Source: an uncultured bacterium (GTDB lineage: Bacteria > Zixibacteria > MSB-5A5 > UBA10806). Taken from it: 64,000 bases of DNA. Positions 9,639 to 20,056 of the stretch are shown here, in pieces. Both the position numbers and the translations under genes were made by a program. Each line of letters opens with the position of its first letter. Position 1 is the first letter of the stretch. The notes under the pieces were generated by a model. That model searched no databases. It worked only from the letters and a program-made list of their open reading frames with translations, and was not told where the DNA came from. The stretch lies in contig CBEUCH010000014.1 of assembly GCA_965541585.1 (NCBI GenBank), positions 12,670 to 76,669 of the forward strand, written 5' to 3'.

Positions 9639-11023
9639 TTATCTACATTTCAAGAATCCTATTTCTTGTTTCGAATGCTGTAAATCCCGATCATACCTCC
9701 TCTCGATTCTCAACGCTGTCTCTCTCCTCCTCGCAATCGCAATCGTGCTGGCAGCCAACAACAACAAAGCCAAGATGAGCATCCCCCATTCAGACAATGT
9801 TGGTATCTCCAAAATCTCATCCCGGCGGCTATAGTAAATACCGCGCCCATCCAGGCCGCTATCCTGCCGCCAGACAACGTGCACGGTCTCATCCACAACA
9901 GCCAGATCCGGCGCCAGAGACATTCCGGGATCATCCTCTATCCTCTGCTGTTCTCCCCATGTAGTTCCATTGTCTTCACTCAGCATATAAAAGATATCCC
10001 CCTGGTTATATCTCCAATCCTCCCAAACCGAATGAATCAAATCCCCCTGCCAGATGACATTCGGATATAGAGCATCATGGGTGAACGTTATTTGCTCTTC
10101 CTCCGACCAGATTTCTCCAGAATCATAGCTGTATCTTACGAACAGATCCCCGCGCCAGAGATTGGGCGAATATTTGTAGTCCATCCAGCAGACAATCAAC
10201 TCGCCCCGGTCATTTATGGCGACGGAGGGCCAGTCGGAGCCCTCGCTATCAAGAGTCGAAAGCATGATGTTCTCAGACCAGCTATCACCGGAATCGGTGC
10301 TTCTTTTATAGTAGATTTCCCATTCGTCATCATAATTGAACCTGCCTACCCAGACGAAGTGAATGATATCTTCTCTGGCCACGATTTCAAAGCGCCCCGT
10401 CTCCTGTGTCTGGAAAACCTCTGTTGGTTCCGCCCAGGTCTCGCCCCAGTCGTTACTCTTAGTGAATTCAACCACGATCTGCTGCTCAGCTGTGCGACTA
10501 TAAATCAAGAATAGTGAAGAGCCAAAGAAGGAGAATGCATGTTTATGAAGTTCATAGCTGTTTGAGGGTAGAATATAGGTGACGTTTCCCCATGATCCGC
10601 CTCCGTTTGACGAACGCCGAAATCCAAGATTGTATTGCCCCCCCCTGGAAGATTCTGCCACCATATGGTAGCCACACTATCTCCTTTCACTTGGACCCAA
10701 GGCGAATCTTCGCCCTCTGATATCAAAGAATTACCTAGACGGAAGGGCTCCGCCCAATTTCCCCCCGCGTTTATACTTCTCAGATAATGTGACTCTGCAT
10801 GCCCTGTCCATATCCAATAAACGACATGCAAGGTATCCCCATTAGCGGCTATCCCCGGGCCAAAGGACGTAGCCTCATCGCTTATCCGCACCGGTGGCGT
10901 CCAGCCGGCATAAGAAACTGAGGCCAGCAACACCAACCACGGAATTATCAGGTTTCGACAAACACGCATGATGATACCTGCCACTGCTTCGCAATAGATA
11001 TGGCTTTTAATAAATATAACCAA
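9639..11023 (-). pseudogene. BNR/Asp-box repeat exported protein with IPTL-CTERM-like sorting tail. It is apparently frameshifted, or there is an assembly error
   Basis: Two overlapping minus-strand ORFs (11023..10505 and 10664..9639) read as one protein. N-terminal signal peptide, then multiple S-x-D-x-G-x-T-W Asp-box motifs (SNDWGETW, STDSGDSW, SYDSGEIW, SEDNGTTW), then ...IPTLSEWGMLILALLLLAASTIAIARRRE. Confidence 0.5.
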
Positions 11024-11088
11024 TTTCCAAGAAAATGTGATATTTTTCTTAGAAGATATATACTGGATTGGCGCGTTGGCGGGAATGA

Positions 11089-12216
11089 CTATAGCGGTTT
11101 TTCATAAACCCGGTATCGCTTATACGGCCGGGCGCCCATGTCGACTGCGCCTTTATTCATAAGCGTGTTGCGCTCCAAGATCCAGGACAACTCGGCCCAC
11201 TTGTAACCCTTGCGCCTACCCTCGTTGTAGGTATCGACGAAGAAAATCATATCCAGGCCGAGCTTCTGATATTTATGCACGACACCCATCGTAACTAACC
11301 TGAGCCCGGTGATTATCTTTTTGACTTTCGTGTAATAAAGGAACTTGAACAGTCCCAGCGGGAATAGCCGTCCGTTCATCTTCTTAAGCACCGGATTGTA
11401 ATCGGGCAGGGCCAGGCAAAATCCGGCGGGCTCGTTATCGATGAATGCCAGCAAAACAATATCGGGATCGACAATCTTTCTAAAATCGTCGGCAGTATAT
11501 TTGAATTCCTCCGGTGTCATGGGAACGAAACCCCAGTTTTTGCTCCAGGCGGAATTGTAGATAGTCCTGACGATATCGAGCTCGTTTTCAAAATCTTTCA
11601 TATCGATTGTGCGTATCGTGATCCTGTTTCTGGAGCGAATTTTCCGGACAATTCTCTGTATTCTCTCCGACGGGGCGCTACTATCATCGATATAATAGGC
11701 AAGCAAATCCTCCACCTTTTTCAGGCCGAGTTTATCATATAGAGCAAGATAATACTGTGGGTTGTAAACCATCATAAACGACGGCAGCGAATCAAAACCT
11801 TCCACTAATAGCCCCATTTCATCGTTGGAGGAGAAATTCGCGGGACCCCTAATGGTCTCCATTCCCTCGGCCTTAACGAAATCCTCGGCGGCGCGCAGAA
11901 GCCCGGAGGCCACATCGATATCGTCGATGCAATCGAAAAAGCCGAAGAAGCCGGTCTTTTCGTCATGGAATTCATTATGAAGGTCGTTTATTATACCGGC
12001 GATCCGGCCCACGGGCTCATCGTTTTTGTATGCCAGGAAATATGACACGCGGGCATGCTGAAAGAACGGGTTGGCCTGTTTGTCGAGAAACTTCTTTCGG
12101 TCCGATATCAGATGCGGGACATAATAAGGATCGTTTTTATACAGTCTGAAGGTCAGTTTTATGAATTTTCGTAAATCGTTTTTGGTCTTGACTTCTCTTA
12201 TAGCTATCGATGACAA
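11089..12216 (-). CDS. GNAT-fold N-acyltransferase (BioF2-associated/FemAB-like type; candidate bacterial ceramide synthase-like)
   Basis: 375 aa. Sits directly downstream of, and translationally adjacent to, the AOS-family gene (12217 stop vs 12216 start). Confidence 0.5.
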   Translation of the reverse strand: MSSIAIREVKTKNDLRKFIKLTFRLYKNDPYYVPHLISDRKKFLDKQANPFFQHARVSYFLAYKNDEPVGRIAGIINDLHNEFHDEKTGFFGFFDCIDDIDVASGLLRAAEDFVKAEGMETIRGPANFSSNDEMGLLVEGFDSLPSFMMVYNPQYYLALYDKLGLKKVEDLLAYYIDDSSAPSERIQRIVRKIRSRNRITIRTIDMKDFENELDIVRTIYNSAWSKNWGFVPMTPEEFKYTADDFRKIVDPDIVLLAFIDNEPAGFCLALPDYNPVLKKMNGRLFPLGLFKFLYYTKVKKIITGLRLVTMGVVHKYQKLGLDMIFFVDTYNEGRRKGYKWAELSWILERNTLMNKGAVDMGARPYKRYRVYEKPL

Positions 12217-13443
12217 TTATATGATTCCGAATTGTTTGCCGATTTGATGGAATGTCTCCAGGACCCGGTCAATTTGTTCGTCGGTATGGGTGGCAGTATA
12301 GCTAGTCCTTATTAGCGCCTTACCGGGTGGCACGGCGGGCGGGATGATGGGGTTGGTGAAGAGGCCGGCTTCGGTGAGCGCTTTCCAGAACGTGAAAGTC
12401 TTCATATCTTCGCCGATGTAGATTGGAACTATAGGCGTTTGCGTGGGGCCGATATCAAAACCCATATTGGTGAATTCTTTATGCATCCGCTTTGTAATCT
12501 CCCACAGGCGAGCCCGTCTCTCCGGCTCGGATCTCAATATCTTGAGAGTGGCCCGCACCGCAGCCACTGCCGCCGGTGGAGGTGAAGCGGAGAATATCAG
12601 CGTCCTTGAGTGATGTTTTATATAATGAATGGTTTCCTCATCGCCTGCAATAAACCCTCCAAGGGAAGCGAATGACTTGGAGAAGGTTCCCATTACGATA
12701 TCGACCTTATCCTCGAGATGAAAATGCTCTGCAGTTCCCCGCCCGTTATCCCCTAACACCCCGATGCTATGGGCATCGTCGACCATAAGCCGGGCATCAT
12801 ATTTTGATGCCAGCTCCGTGATCTTCGGCAGATCTGCGATATCACCCTCCATGGAGAAGACACCATCGGTGGCTATCAGTTTTCCTCCGGGGGAGTTGTT
12901 TTTCTCCAGAAGCCGTTCCAGGTCGGCCGTATCATTATGCTTATATTTCTTGAACTCTCCGAACACCAGCCGGCAACCATCGACGATAGAGGCGTGATTG
13001 GCTCTATCACCGAATATTATATCATCTTTGCCGACAAGGGTAGGAATGGTGCCCAGGTTGGTCTGGAAGCCGGTCGAAAAAACCAGGGCGGCTTCTTTTT
13101 GCATAAAATCCGCCAGCTCTTCTTCCAGTTTGACATGTATATCGAGTGTACCATTGAGAAAACGGGAACCGGTACAGCCTGAACCGTATTTGTCCACCGC
13201 TTTGTGTATAGCCTCGATGACATCGGGGTGGTTTGTCAGGCCCAGATAATTATTGGAGCCGATCATTATAACTTTTTTACCCTCGGCGATAACCTCTGTG
13301 CCGGGAGAGGACGATATCTGTCTGAAATATGGATACAGCCCCGCCGCTTCCACTTCGCGGGCAACCTTGAAGTTCTTATACTTTTCAAATAAGTCCATTA
13401 AATCTCCGGGATCGCAACAAACGCCTTGCAGGGATACCATCAA
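12217..13443 (-). CDS. alpha-oxoamine synthase family PLP enzyme (serine palmitoyltransferase / KBL / BioF-like)
   Basis: Motifs [22 protein letters not shown], and the PLP-lysine region [15 protein letters not shown] typical of AOS enzymes. Confidence 0.85.
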   Translation of the reverse strand: MMVSLQGVCCDPGDLMDLFEKYKNFKVAREVEAAGLYPYFRQISSSPGTEVIAEGKKVIMIGSNNYLGLTNHPDVIEAIHKAVDKYGSGCTGSRFLNGTLDIHVKLEEELADFMQKEAALVFSTGFQTNLGTIPTLVGKDDIIFGDRANHASIVDGCRLVFGEFKKYKHNDTADLERLLEKNNSPGGKLIATDGVFSMEGDIADLPKITELASKYDARLMVDDAHSIGVLGDNGRGTAEHFHLEDKVDIVMGTFSKSFASLGGFIAGDEETIHYIKHHSRTLIFSASPPPAAVAAVRATLKILRSEPERRARLWEITKRMHKEFTNMGFDIGPTQTPIVPIYIGEDMKTFTFWKALTEAGLFTNPIIPPAVPPGKALIRTSYTATHTDEQIDRVLETFHQIGKQFGII

Positions 13444-13513
13444 TCACCTAATTTTGCCATGCGAATTGTCAAGTTACCGTGCGCTTTTTTGAAAGTCAAG
13501 AGGATAAGGCAAG

Positions 13514-14497
13514 ATGCGAAAGATACTCGTAACCGGCGCTAATGGATTCATTGGATCGCATATCTGCGAAACGTTGCAGAGCGCTGGCTTCGACGTCCGG
13601 GCGCTGGTCAGGCGGACATCGGATTTGACCAATATAATGCATCTCGATCTTGAGCTTGCTCACGGCGATTTGAACGACGCTGATTCGCTTCCGGCGGCGA
13701 TCGAAGGTGCAGAGGCAATAGTCAACAACGCAGGTATTACAAAAGCTCTGGATAGTGATATGTTTGATCGCGTGAACTCAGCCGGAACAGAAAATATTCT
13801 GAAGGCGATTGAGAGATCAAATCCGGATATTAAGGATTTTATACAGATTTCTTCAACCGCGGCCTCAGGCCCGGCGCCATCGGATACGCCCATCGATGAG
13901 GATTATCCACCGCGGCCGCTGACGGCTTACGGAAAATCGAAGCTTGCAGGCGAGACGGCGGTTTTAGCCTATCGTGATAAATTCCCGGTGACTGTACTGA
14001 GACCTTCTGCCGTTTATGGCCCCCGCGACAAAGAAATGCTGTCGTTTTTCAAGGCCGTGAGTTTTCGGCTCAAGCCGACATTCGGAACAGGGGAATGCTA
14101 TGTCAATTTCACCTACGTTAAGGACCTGGCGCAGGCCGTGGCGAGAACGCTTACAGAAGCTTCGTCATCTGGCAGCGTATATTTTGTTGCTGAGAAAAGA
14201 CGGTATTCGTACAGCGAGGCCGGTGATATAATGAGCGAGGTTCTGGGAATTAAGGGGTTGGATATACATGTGCCTGCCACCTTGCTGAGGTTTGCGGGAA
14301 AGATATCGGAGATAACTGCTAAATTAAGAAATAAGGCGTCCATATTTTCAGCGGATAAGGCCTTGGAGATATCGCAAAAATACTGGCTTGTCGATACTTC
14401 CAGAATTGAGCGCGAGTTGAGCTTTGTGTCTCCCACGTCGTTCAGAAATGGCGTTATAGAAACGGTTGACTGGTACAGGAGGCATGGGTGGCTGTAG
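13514..14497 (+). CDS. NAD-dependent epimerase/dehydratase-family reductase (candidate CerR-like)
   Basis: N-terminal Rossmann motif ILVTGANGFIGSHI, YxxxK region (YGKSK). Divergently transcribed from the AOS/GNAT pair. Confidence 0.75.
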   Translation: MRKILVTGANGFIGSHICETLQSAGFDVRALVRRTSDLTNIMHLDLELAHGDLNDADSLPAAIEGAEAIVNNAGITKALDSDMFDRVNSAGTENILKAIERSNPDIKDFIQISSTAASGPAPSDTPIDEDYPPRPLTAYGKSKLAGETAVLAYRDKFPVTVLRPSAVYGPRDKEMLSFFKAVSFRLKPTFGTGECYVNFTYVKDLAQAVARTLTEASSSGSVYFVAEKRRYSYSEAGDIMSEVLGIKGLDIHVPATLLRFAGKISEITAKLRNKASIFSADKALEISQKYWLVDTSRIERELSFVSPTSFRNGVIETVDWYRRHGWL

Positions 14498-15642
14498 ACA
14501 TGTTCGACTTTCAGAAAGCTCGCTCGAATTTTATGCTGGCCGATGGCTTAATCTATCTGAATCACGCATCGCAAGGTCCTCTACCGATACCATCGCGGGA
14601 GGCCTATGACCTGTATCTTGATAGATGGCAAAAGATGGATCATCGGCACGAGGCCGAGCTCTTTACGAGCCTCGAGAACGTCCGAAAAGACCTGGCCGGG
14701 CTGATCGGTGCCACTCCCGACCGGATAGGGATCTCGTCCACGACCTCTTTCGGCCTGAATATCGTCTCGGCAGGATATCCCTGGGCCGCGGGTGACAATG
14801 TGGTTGTTTCCGACGGGGATTTTCCAGCCAGTATTTATCCCTGGATGCGTTTGGAATCCAGCGGCGTAGAGATTAGATTCGCCAGAAACAGAGGCGGCTT
14901 TATCGATGAGGACGCCTTAATGTCGCTGTCCGACGGCAGGACGCGTGTGATCTGTATAAGCTGGGTGCAATTCAACAACGGTTATCGGGTCGATCTTGGG
15001 AAATTGGGGGGATTCTGTCGTGAAAATGGGATTATCTTCTGCGTGGACGGCATCCAGGGAACCGGCGTAATTCCCATTGACGTGCCGTCGGAGTATATCG
15101 ACCTGTTCAGTTGTGGCTGCCAGAAGTGGATGCTTGGCCCGTATGGTACAGGCTTCTTTTATCTATCTGAAAGGGCCGAGGAGATGATCCATCCGCCACT
15201 TCTGGGCTGGCTTTCTGTCGACTGGGGGGGCGAATTTACAGATCTATTAAAATACAGGTTGGCTCCGCGGACGGGGCCGTCGAGATACGAAATAGGAACC
15301 TACCCATTCCAGGATATATCTGCCCTTGAAGCCTCTGTCGACCTGCTACAGTCATTCGACAGGCAGGCTGCATGGGACCATATAAGATCGCTGACAGGCA
15401 TGATAGGCGAATTTGTGGAATCCGATCGCAGATACGAATTGAAATCATCGATGGATGATTCAAGAAGATCAGGAATTATGGCCATTCAAGCCACTGATTC
15501 TCGAAAGCTCTTTTCCTACCTGACGGATAAGAGCTTCGCGGTCAGCCTCCGTGAGGGGGCCGTGCGGATCTCTCCCCATTTCTACAACAGCCCGGGTGAG
15601 ATCGAATCGCTAATTGAGTCATTACAGAGTTTTAAAGCATAG
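14488..15642 (+). CDS. class V aminotransferase (cysteine desulfurase/selenocysteine lyase-like) PLP enzyme
   Basis: 384 aa. PLP-lysine context SCGCQKWMLGPYGTGFFY. Overlaps the upstream gene by 10 bp. Confidence 0.75.
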   Translation: MAVDMFDFQKARSNFMLADGLIYLNHASQGPLPIPSREAYDLYLDRWQKMDHRHEAELFTSLENVRKDLAGLIGATPDRIGISSTTSFGLNIVSAGYPWAAGDNVVVSDGDFPASIYPWMRLESSGVEIRFARNRGGFIDEDALMSLSDGRTRVICISWVQFNNGYRVDLGKLGGFCRENGIIFCVDGIQGTGVIPIDVPSEYIDLFSCGCQKWMLGPYGTGFFYLSERAEEMIHPPLLGWLSVDWGGEFTDLLKYRLAPRTGPSRYEIGTYPFQDISALEASVDLLQSFDRQAAWDHIRSLTGMIGEFVESDRRYELKSSMDDSRRSGIMAIQATDSRKLFSYLTDKSFAVSLREGAVRISPHFYNSPGEIESLIESLQSFKA

Positions 15643-15813
15643 AATCCGGCTCTCACTAAAAGGGGCTGTAAAGCCTGGATATAAAAGAATTATCGGATTA
15701 ACAGATAATTATTCTTAAGACCGTAACTGGTGCTCTCCTGACTCAAATATTCCGAACTGCCCATCAAACAAGGTTTCTATTGACAGCCCCGTATTTAATT
15801 ATTAAAATAACCT

Positions 15814-16554
15814 GTGCCGCATGTAATTGGAATAATTCCAGCCCGATATCAGTCAAAACGTTTCCCCGGCAAGCCCCTGGCTCTGCTTGGAGGAATCCCC
15901 TTAATTGTCCGGGTCCTTGAAACCGCACGGAATGCAAAGCTCATTTCTGAGGCGTATGTGGCAACCGACGATGATAGAATCGCATCGACCGTTAGGCAAC
16001 ACGGCGGACAGGTACTGATGACATCGAGTGATCCGCCCACCGGAACGGACAGGGTAGCCGAGGCGGTTTCGGATCTCAGAGGTGGTGATTTCATCGTTAA
16101 TATCCAGGGAGACGAACCGTTTCTCTCCGGCGACGTTATAGATAAGGTCATAACCGCTCTTGATGATAGTGACGTCGCGATGTCGACCGCCTGTTCGCCG
16201 ATCGAAGAACGGAGTCAGGCGGACGATCCTAATGTCGTTAAGGTTGTACTGGACGGGGCCGGGAACGCCCTTTTCTTTTCGAGAAGCAGAATACCGTACG
16301 ACCGCTCGGGTCAGGCCGGCGTAGCACAGCTATATCGCCATATCGGGATCTACGGCTTCAAGAGAGATTTCTTGATGAAATTCAGATCGCTGGAGAGAAC
16401 CCCGCTTGAAAAGTCCGAAGGCTTAGAGCAGCTCCGCGCTCTTGAGCATGGATATAATATTAAAACGGTTGTTGTCGAAGGGGAATTCCCGGGGATAGAC
16501 TCCGAAGAAGATTTGTTCAAGGCGGAGGAGCTTCTGGGTAAGAGGAGACGCTGA
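15814..16554 (+). CDS. kdsB: 3-deoxy-manno-octulosonate cytidylyltransferase (CMP-Kdo synthetase)
   Basis: N-terminus [24 protein letters not shown] and an NIQGDEP motif. Confidence 0.85.
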   Translation: MPHVIGIIPARYQSKRFPGKPLALLGGIPLIVRVLETARNAKLISEAYVATDDDRIASTVRQHGGQVLMTSSDPPTGTDRVAEAVSDLRGGDFIVNIQGDEPFLSGDVIDKVITALDDSDVAMSTACSPIEERSQADDPNVVKVVLDGAGNALFFSRSRIPYDRSGQAGVAQLYRHIGIYGFKRDFLMKFRSLERTPLEKSEGLEQLRALEHGYNIKTVVVEGEFPGIDSEEDLFKAEELLGKRRR

Positions 16555-16555
16555 G

Positions 16556-18211
16556 ATGGCTGATAATAACAGGGGAACGAAATACATATTCGTAACGGGC
16601 GGAGTTGTGTCGTCCCTGGGTAAAGGAATTGCCGCGGCATCTATCGGGCTGCTTTTGAAATGCAGGGGCTTGAGCGTCAGAATGATGAAATGCGATCCCT
16701 ATATCAATGTCGACCCGGGAACCATGAATCCCTTTCAGCATGGGGAGGTATTCGTTCTCGACGACGGTTCCGAGACGGATCTCGACCTGGGCTATTATGA
16801 GCGGTTTCTCGACATAAACTTAAATAGCCTTTCAAATATAACCTCGGGGCAGGTTTACGATGCAGTGATCCAGAGTGAGAGAAGGGGCGTGTATTTAGGC
16901 GCCACGGTTCAGGTAATTCCCCATATAACCAATGAGATTAAATCGAGGATCAGGCAACTGGCCGAGACGCCGGAGCCGGCGGACGTGGTCATCATAGAGA
17001 TCGGCGGGACCGTCGGTGATATCGAGTCTCTGCCATTCCTTGAGGCTATCAGACAGATGGCGCTCGAGGAGGATGACTCAGACACGCTATTTATACATTT
17101 GACTCTGGTCCCCTATATAGAGGGCGCGGGTGAGTTGAAGACGAAACCGACCCAGCATTCGGTAAAGGCTTTGCGAGAGATCGGGATAGATGCGGATATA
17201 TTGATATGCCGCAGCTCCCGGCCTTTAACACGCGATGCCAAGAAGAAAATCGGCCTGTTCTGCAATGTGCCGCCGGAGGCGGTGATTCAGGATCTCGATG
17301 TAGAGTCGATCTATGAGCTTCCTATCGAATTCCACAAGGAGCTTGTAGATAATATCCTGGTTCATTATCTGAAGCTGCTATGCAAGGATCTCGATATATC
17401 GCAATGGGCGTCAATGGTTCAGCGTTTGAAGAACCCGGAGCATAAGGTGAAGATAGGCATCTGCGGGAAGTATATCGATTTAAAGGATGCCTATAAATCT
17501 ATAATTGAGTCATTTGTGCATGCCGGCACGGTCCATAAATCGTCGGTAAGCCTCAAGTGGATATCATCGGAAGGGATCTCCGAAGATGGAGCCGAAGCTC
17601 ACCTATCCGATATCGACGGGCTCCTGGTTCCGGGGGGGTTCGGGGAACGGGGGATCGAGGGGAAAATCGAAGCGGTCAGGTATGTTCGAGAGAATAATAT
17701 ACCGTTTTTGGGCATATGCCTGGGTTTGCAGTGCGCGGTAGTGGATTTCGCCAGGAACGTGGCCGGGCTGAAGCATGCCAATTCCTCGGAATTCGACAAT
17801 AAGACGGCGCATCCTGTCATAGATCTCATGGACGAACAAAAAGGCGTAACCGACAAGGGGGGGACCATGAGGCTTGGCAGTTATCCATGCAGAATTGTCC
17901 CGGCGACCCTGGCGCACAAACTTTATGGAGCTGTAAATATTAAGGAACGTCACCGCCACCGTTACGAGGTCAACAACGAGTACAGGGAGAATCTGGGCTC
18001 GGCGGGCATGGTTCTATCGGGCCTTTCGCCGGACGGAAACCTGGTGGAGATAATTGAGCTGCCGTCCCACCCCTTTTTCATAGCCTGCCAGTTTCATCCG
18101 GAATTGAAATCCCATCCCATGAATCCTCATCCGCTGTTCGCAGGGCTCGTGGGTGCTGCGCTCGAATATAAGCAGGTCAGTAGCAAGGCCGCTGAGAAAG
18201 TAGAAAAGTAG
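16556..18211 (+). CDS. pyrG: CTP synthase
   Basis: N-terminal [18 protein letters not shown]-terminal class I GATase with GICLGLQ and HPE motifs. 551 aa. Confidence 0.95.
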   Translation: MADNNRGTKYIFVTGGVVSSLGKGIAAASIGLLLKCRGLSVRMMKCDPYINVDPGTMNPFQHGEVFVLDDGSETDLDLGYYERFLDINLNSLSNITSGQVYDAVIQSERRGVYLGATVQVIPHITNEIKSRIRQLAETPEPADVVIIEIGGTVGDIESLPFLEAIRQMALEEDDSDTLFIHLTLVPYIEGAGELKTKPTQHSVKALREIGIDADILICRSSRPLTRDAKKKIGLFCNVPPEAVIQDLDVESIYELPIEFHKELVDNILVHYLKLLCKDLDISQWASMVQRLKNPEHKVKIGICGKYIDLKDAYKSIIESFVHAGTVHKSSVSLKWISSEGISEDGAEAHLSDIDGLLVPGGFGERGIEGKIEAVRYVRENNIPFLGICLGLQCAVVDFARNVAGLKHANSSEFDNKTAHPVIDLMDEQKGVTDKGGTMRLGSYPCRIVPATLAHKLYGAVNIKERHRHRYEVNNEYRENLGSAGMVLSGLSPDGNLVEIIELPSHPFFIACQFHPELKSHPMNPHPLFAGLVGAALEYKQVSSKAAEKVEK

Positions 18212-18225
18212 CCGGGGGGCTGATT

Positions 18226-18651
18226 TTGAAATCTATTCGAGAATTAATCTCCGGGATTCTAATGCTTACGTTCGCCGGCGTGCTGGCCTGGTTTGGCTGT
18301 AAAGGGCCGGATAATACCGCAGATGATAAAATTCCGTTACCCTTCCCGGATGAGAGGATGTCTAAATTTTACCAGAGCCGCGTCGATTCCTCCGAATTCG
18401 AGTGGTTTACCGATGTCAAGGCCGCGGCATCATCCTTCATAAACGAAATGGATTTTGTTGAGGGTGGAATTTCGACAACGGATGTCGTGATTCTGGGGGA
18501 AGGATTGTTCCATGCTAAAGTCGAGGTGGAGCTTCCTGACAAGATCATGGTGCTGACAATGGAGAGACCGTACAAGCACAAGGGCAAGAATTCTATCTGG
18601 CAGGTAATGGGGGTAGAAGAGAAGGAATGGCCGAAAAGAAAGTCGGAATAG
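18226..18651 (+). CDS. hypothetical small exported/lipo-protein
   Basis: 141 aa, signal peptide ending ..AWFGC. Overlaps the kdsA start. Confidence 0.4.
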   Translation: MKSIRELISGILMLTFAGVLAWFGCKGPDNTADDKIPLPFPDERMSKFYQSRVDSSEFEWFTDVKAAASSFINEMDFVEGGISTTDVVILGEGLFHAKVEVELPDKIMVLTMERPYKHKGKNSIWQVMGVEEKEWPKRKSE

Positions 18652-19439
18652 GCAATGTGACGGTTGGAGGCGACCAGTTGGCGCTTATAGCTGGGCCGTG
18701 CGCCGTAGAGTCTGAGGATATAACATTTAAAGCAGCAGAGACGGTTGCTGCGGTCCGCGATAAGTACAAGATTCCGGTAATATTCAAATCGTCGTATATG
18801 AAAGCCAATCGCTTGTCGGGGCAGTCGTTTTCCACCATGGGGATTGGCAAGGCGCTCTCCATTTTGCAGGATGTAAAAGGGAAATTCAATCTCCCTATCC
18901 TGACCGATATTCACAGCGTGGAGGAGATCGAACTGGTCTCCGATATCGCCGATTGCCTGCAGATACCGGCTTTTCTTTGCCGCCAGACCGAGCTTGTTAT
19001 GGCGGCTGCGAAGACGATGCTGCCATTGAATATCAAAAAGGGTCAGTTCCTGGCGCCGGAGGATATGAAACCTATTGCCGAGAAGGTCACCGCTACCGGC
19101 AACTCTAAGGTTCTGCTAACCGAACGGGGCACCAGTTTCGGATACCACGATCTGGTGGTTGATTTCCGAGGTCTTCTGATCATGGCCGAACTGGGTTTCC
19201 CGGTGGTGTTCGATTGTACCCATTCGGTTCAAAAACCGGGAGCGGCGGGAGGCTCCTCCGGCGGCGATCCCAGGTTTATCATTCCGCTGGCGCGTGCAGC
19301 AGTGGCAGTTGGTGTCGATGCCATTTTTGTGGAGACGCATCCCGAACCGTCGAAAGCGCTATCTGACAAAGAATGCCAGCTGCCTACGGATAAACTTGCT
19401 GAGTTGGTGGAGAGCATTCTGGAGATAAGAGCAGTTTAG
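18627..19439 (+). CDS. kdsA: 2-dehydro-3-deoxyphosphooctonate aldolase (Kdo-8-P synthase)
   Basis: LALIAGPCAVES, KSSYMKANRLS, LTDIH, GFPVVFDCTHS motifs. Confidence 0.9.
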   Translation: MAEKKVGIGNVTVGGDQLALIAGPCAVESEDITFKAAETVAAVRDKYKIPVIFKSSYMKANRLSGQSFSTMGIGKALSILQDVKGKFNLPILTDIHSVEEIELVSDIADCLQIPAFLCRQTELVMAAAKTMLPLNIKKGQFLAPEDMKPIAEKVTATGNSKVLLTERGTSFGYHDLVVDFRGLLIMAELGFPVVFDCTHSVQKPGAAGGSSGGDPRFIIPLARAAVAVGVDAIFVETHPEPSKALSDKECQLPTDKLAELVESILEIRAV

Positions 19440-19454
19440 AGTATAGAGGGGATC

Positions 19455-19925
19455 ATGCCATCCAAAAAATCCTGGCGTGAGAAGCTGGCCGATAGCAAGG
19501 ATCTGCCTAAAATCCAGAAGGTCGAGGGGAAAATGTCCAGGCGCTGGGGCGAGGGGACATTCGTTATCCCTGCACCGGTGGAGGTTAATGAAATGATGCG
19601 CCGGGTTCCCAAGGGGAAGCTGGTCACCATTAATGAGATCCGGGCCAAGCTGGCAAAGAAGCATCGGGTAAACTTCGGGTGCCCAATCACCACAGGAATC
19701 TTTGCCTGGATCGCGGCCAACGCCGCCGAAGAGATGGCCGCCGAGGGGAAAAAGAGGATCACGCCCTATTGGCGGACTCTCAAAGCCGGCGGCGAGCTCA
19801 ATCCCAAATACCCGGGCGGGATCAGGAATATCAGATCGCGTTTGAAGGCTGAGGGCCATAAGGTCGTCAGCAAAGGCAAGAAGTTTGTCGTCGAAGATTA
19901 CGAGAAAGCGCTGGTAATGATTTAG
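19455..19925 (+). CDS. hypothetical conserved basic protein
   Basis: 156 aa ORF with good coding appearance. No recognised motif. Confidence 0.4.
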   Translation: MPSKKSWREKLADSKDLPKIQKVEGKMSRRWGEGTFVIPAPVEVNEMMRRVPKGKLVTINEIRAKLAKKHRVNFGCPITTGIFAWIAANAAEEMAAEGKKRITPYWRTLKAGGELNPKYPGGIRNIRSRLKAEGHKVVSKGKKFVVEDYEKALVMI

Positions 19926-20056
19926 CCGTATTTCATTTGCTTTTTTTATCCCGTGATTTTCCCCGGCGAACGCATTAGCATCTTATCGTGAATCATGGTA
20001 GATCCAGCTTCCACCATTATATGAGCGCTTGACACTTTTTTGCCTTAGAGGTTATT

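Noticed and set aside
10077-10514. 145 aa plus-strand ORF
   Set aside because: Antisense to the BNR-repeat gene, so a shadow ORF.
12764-13492. Cluster of plus-strand ORFs (12764..12997, 12937..13182, 12998..13249, 13204..13392, 13253..13492)
   Set aside because: All are antisense to the AOS/Spt-like gene, which has strong PLP-enzyme motifs.
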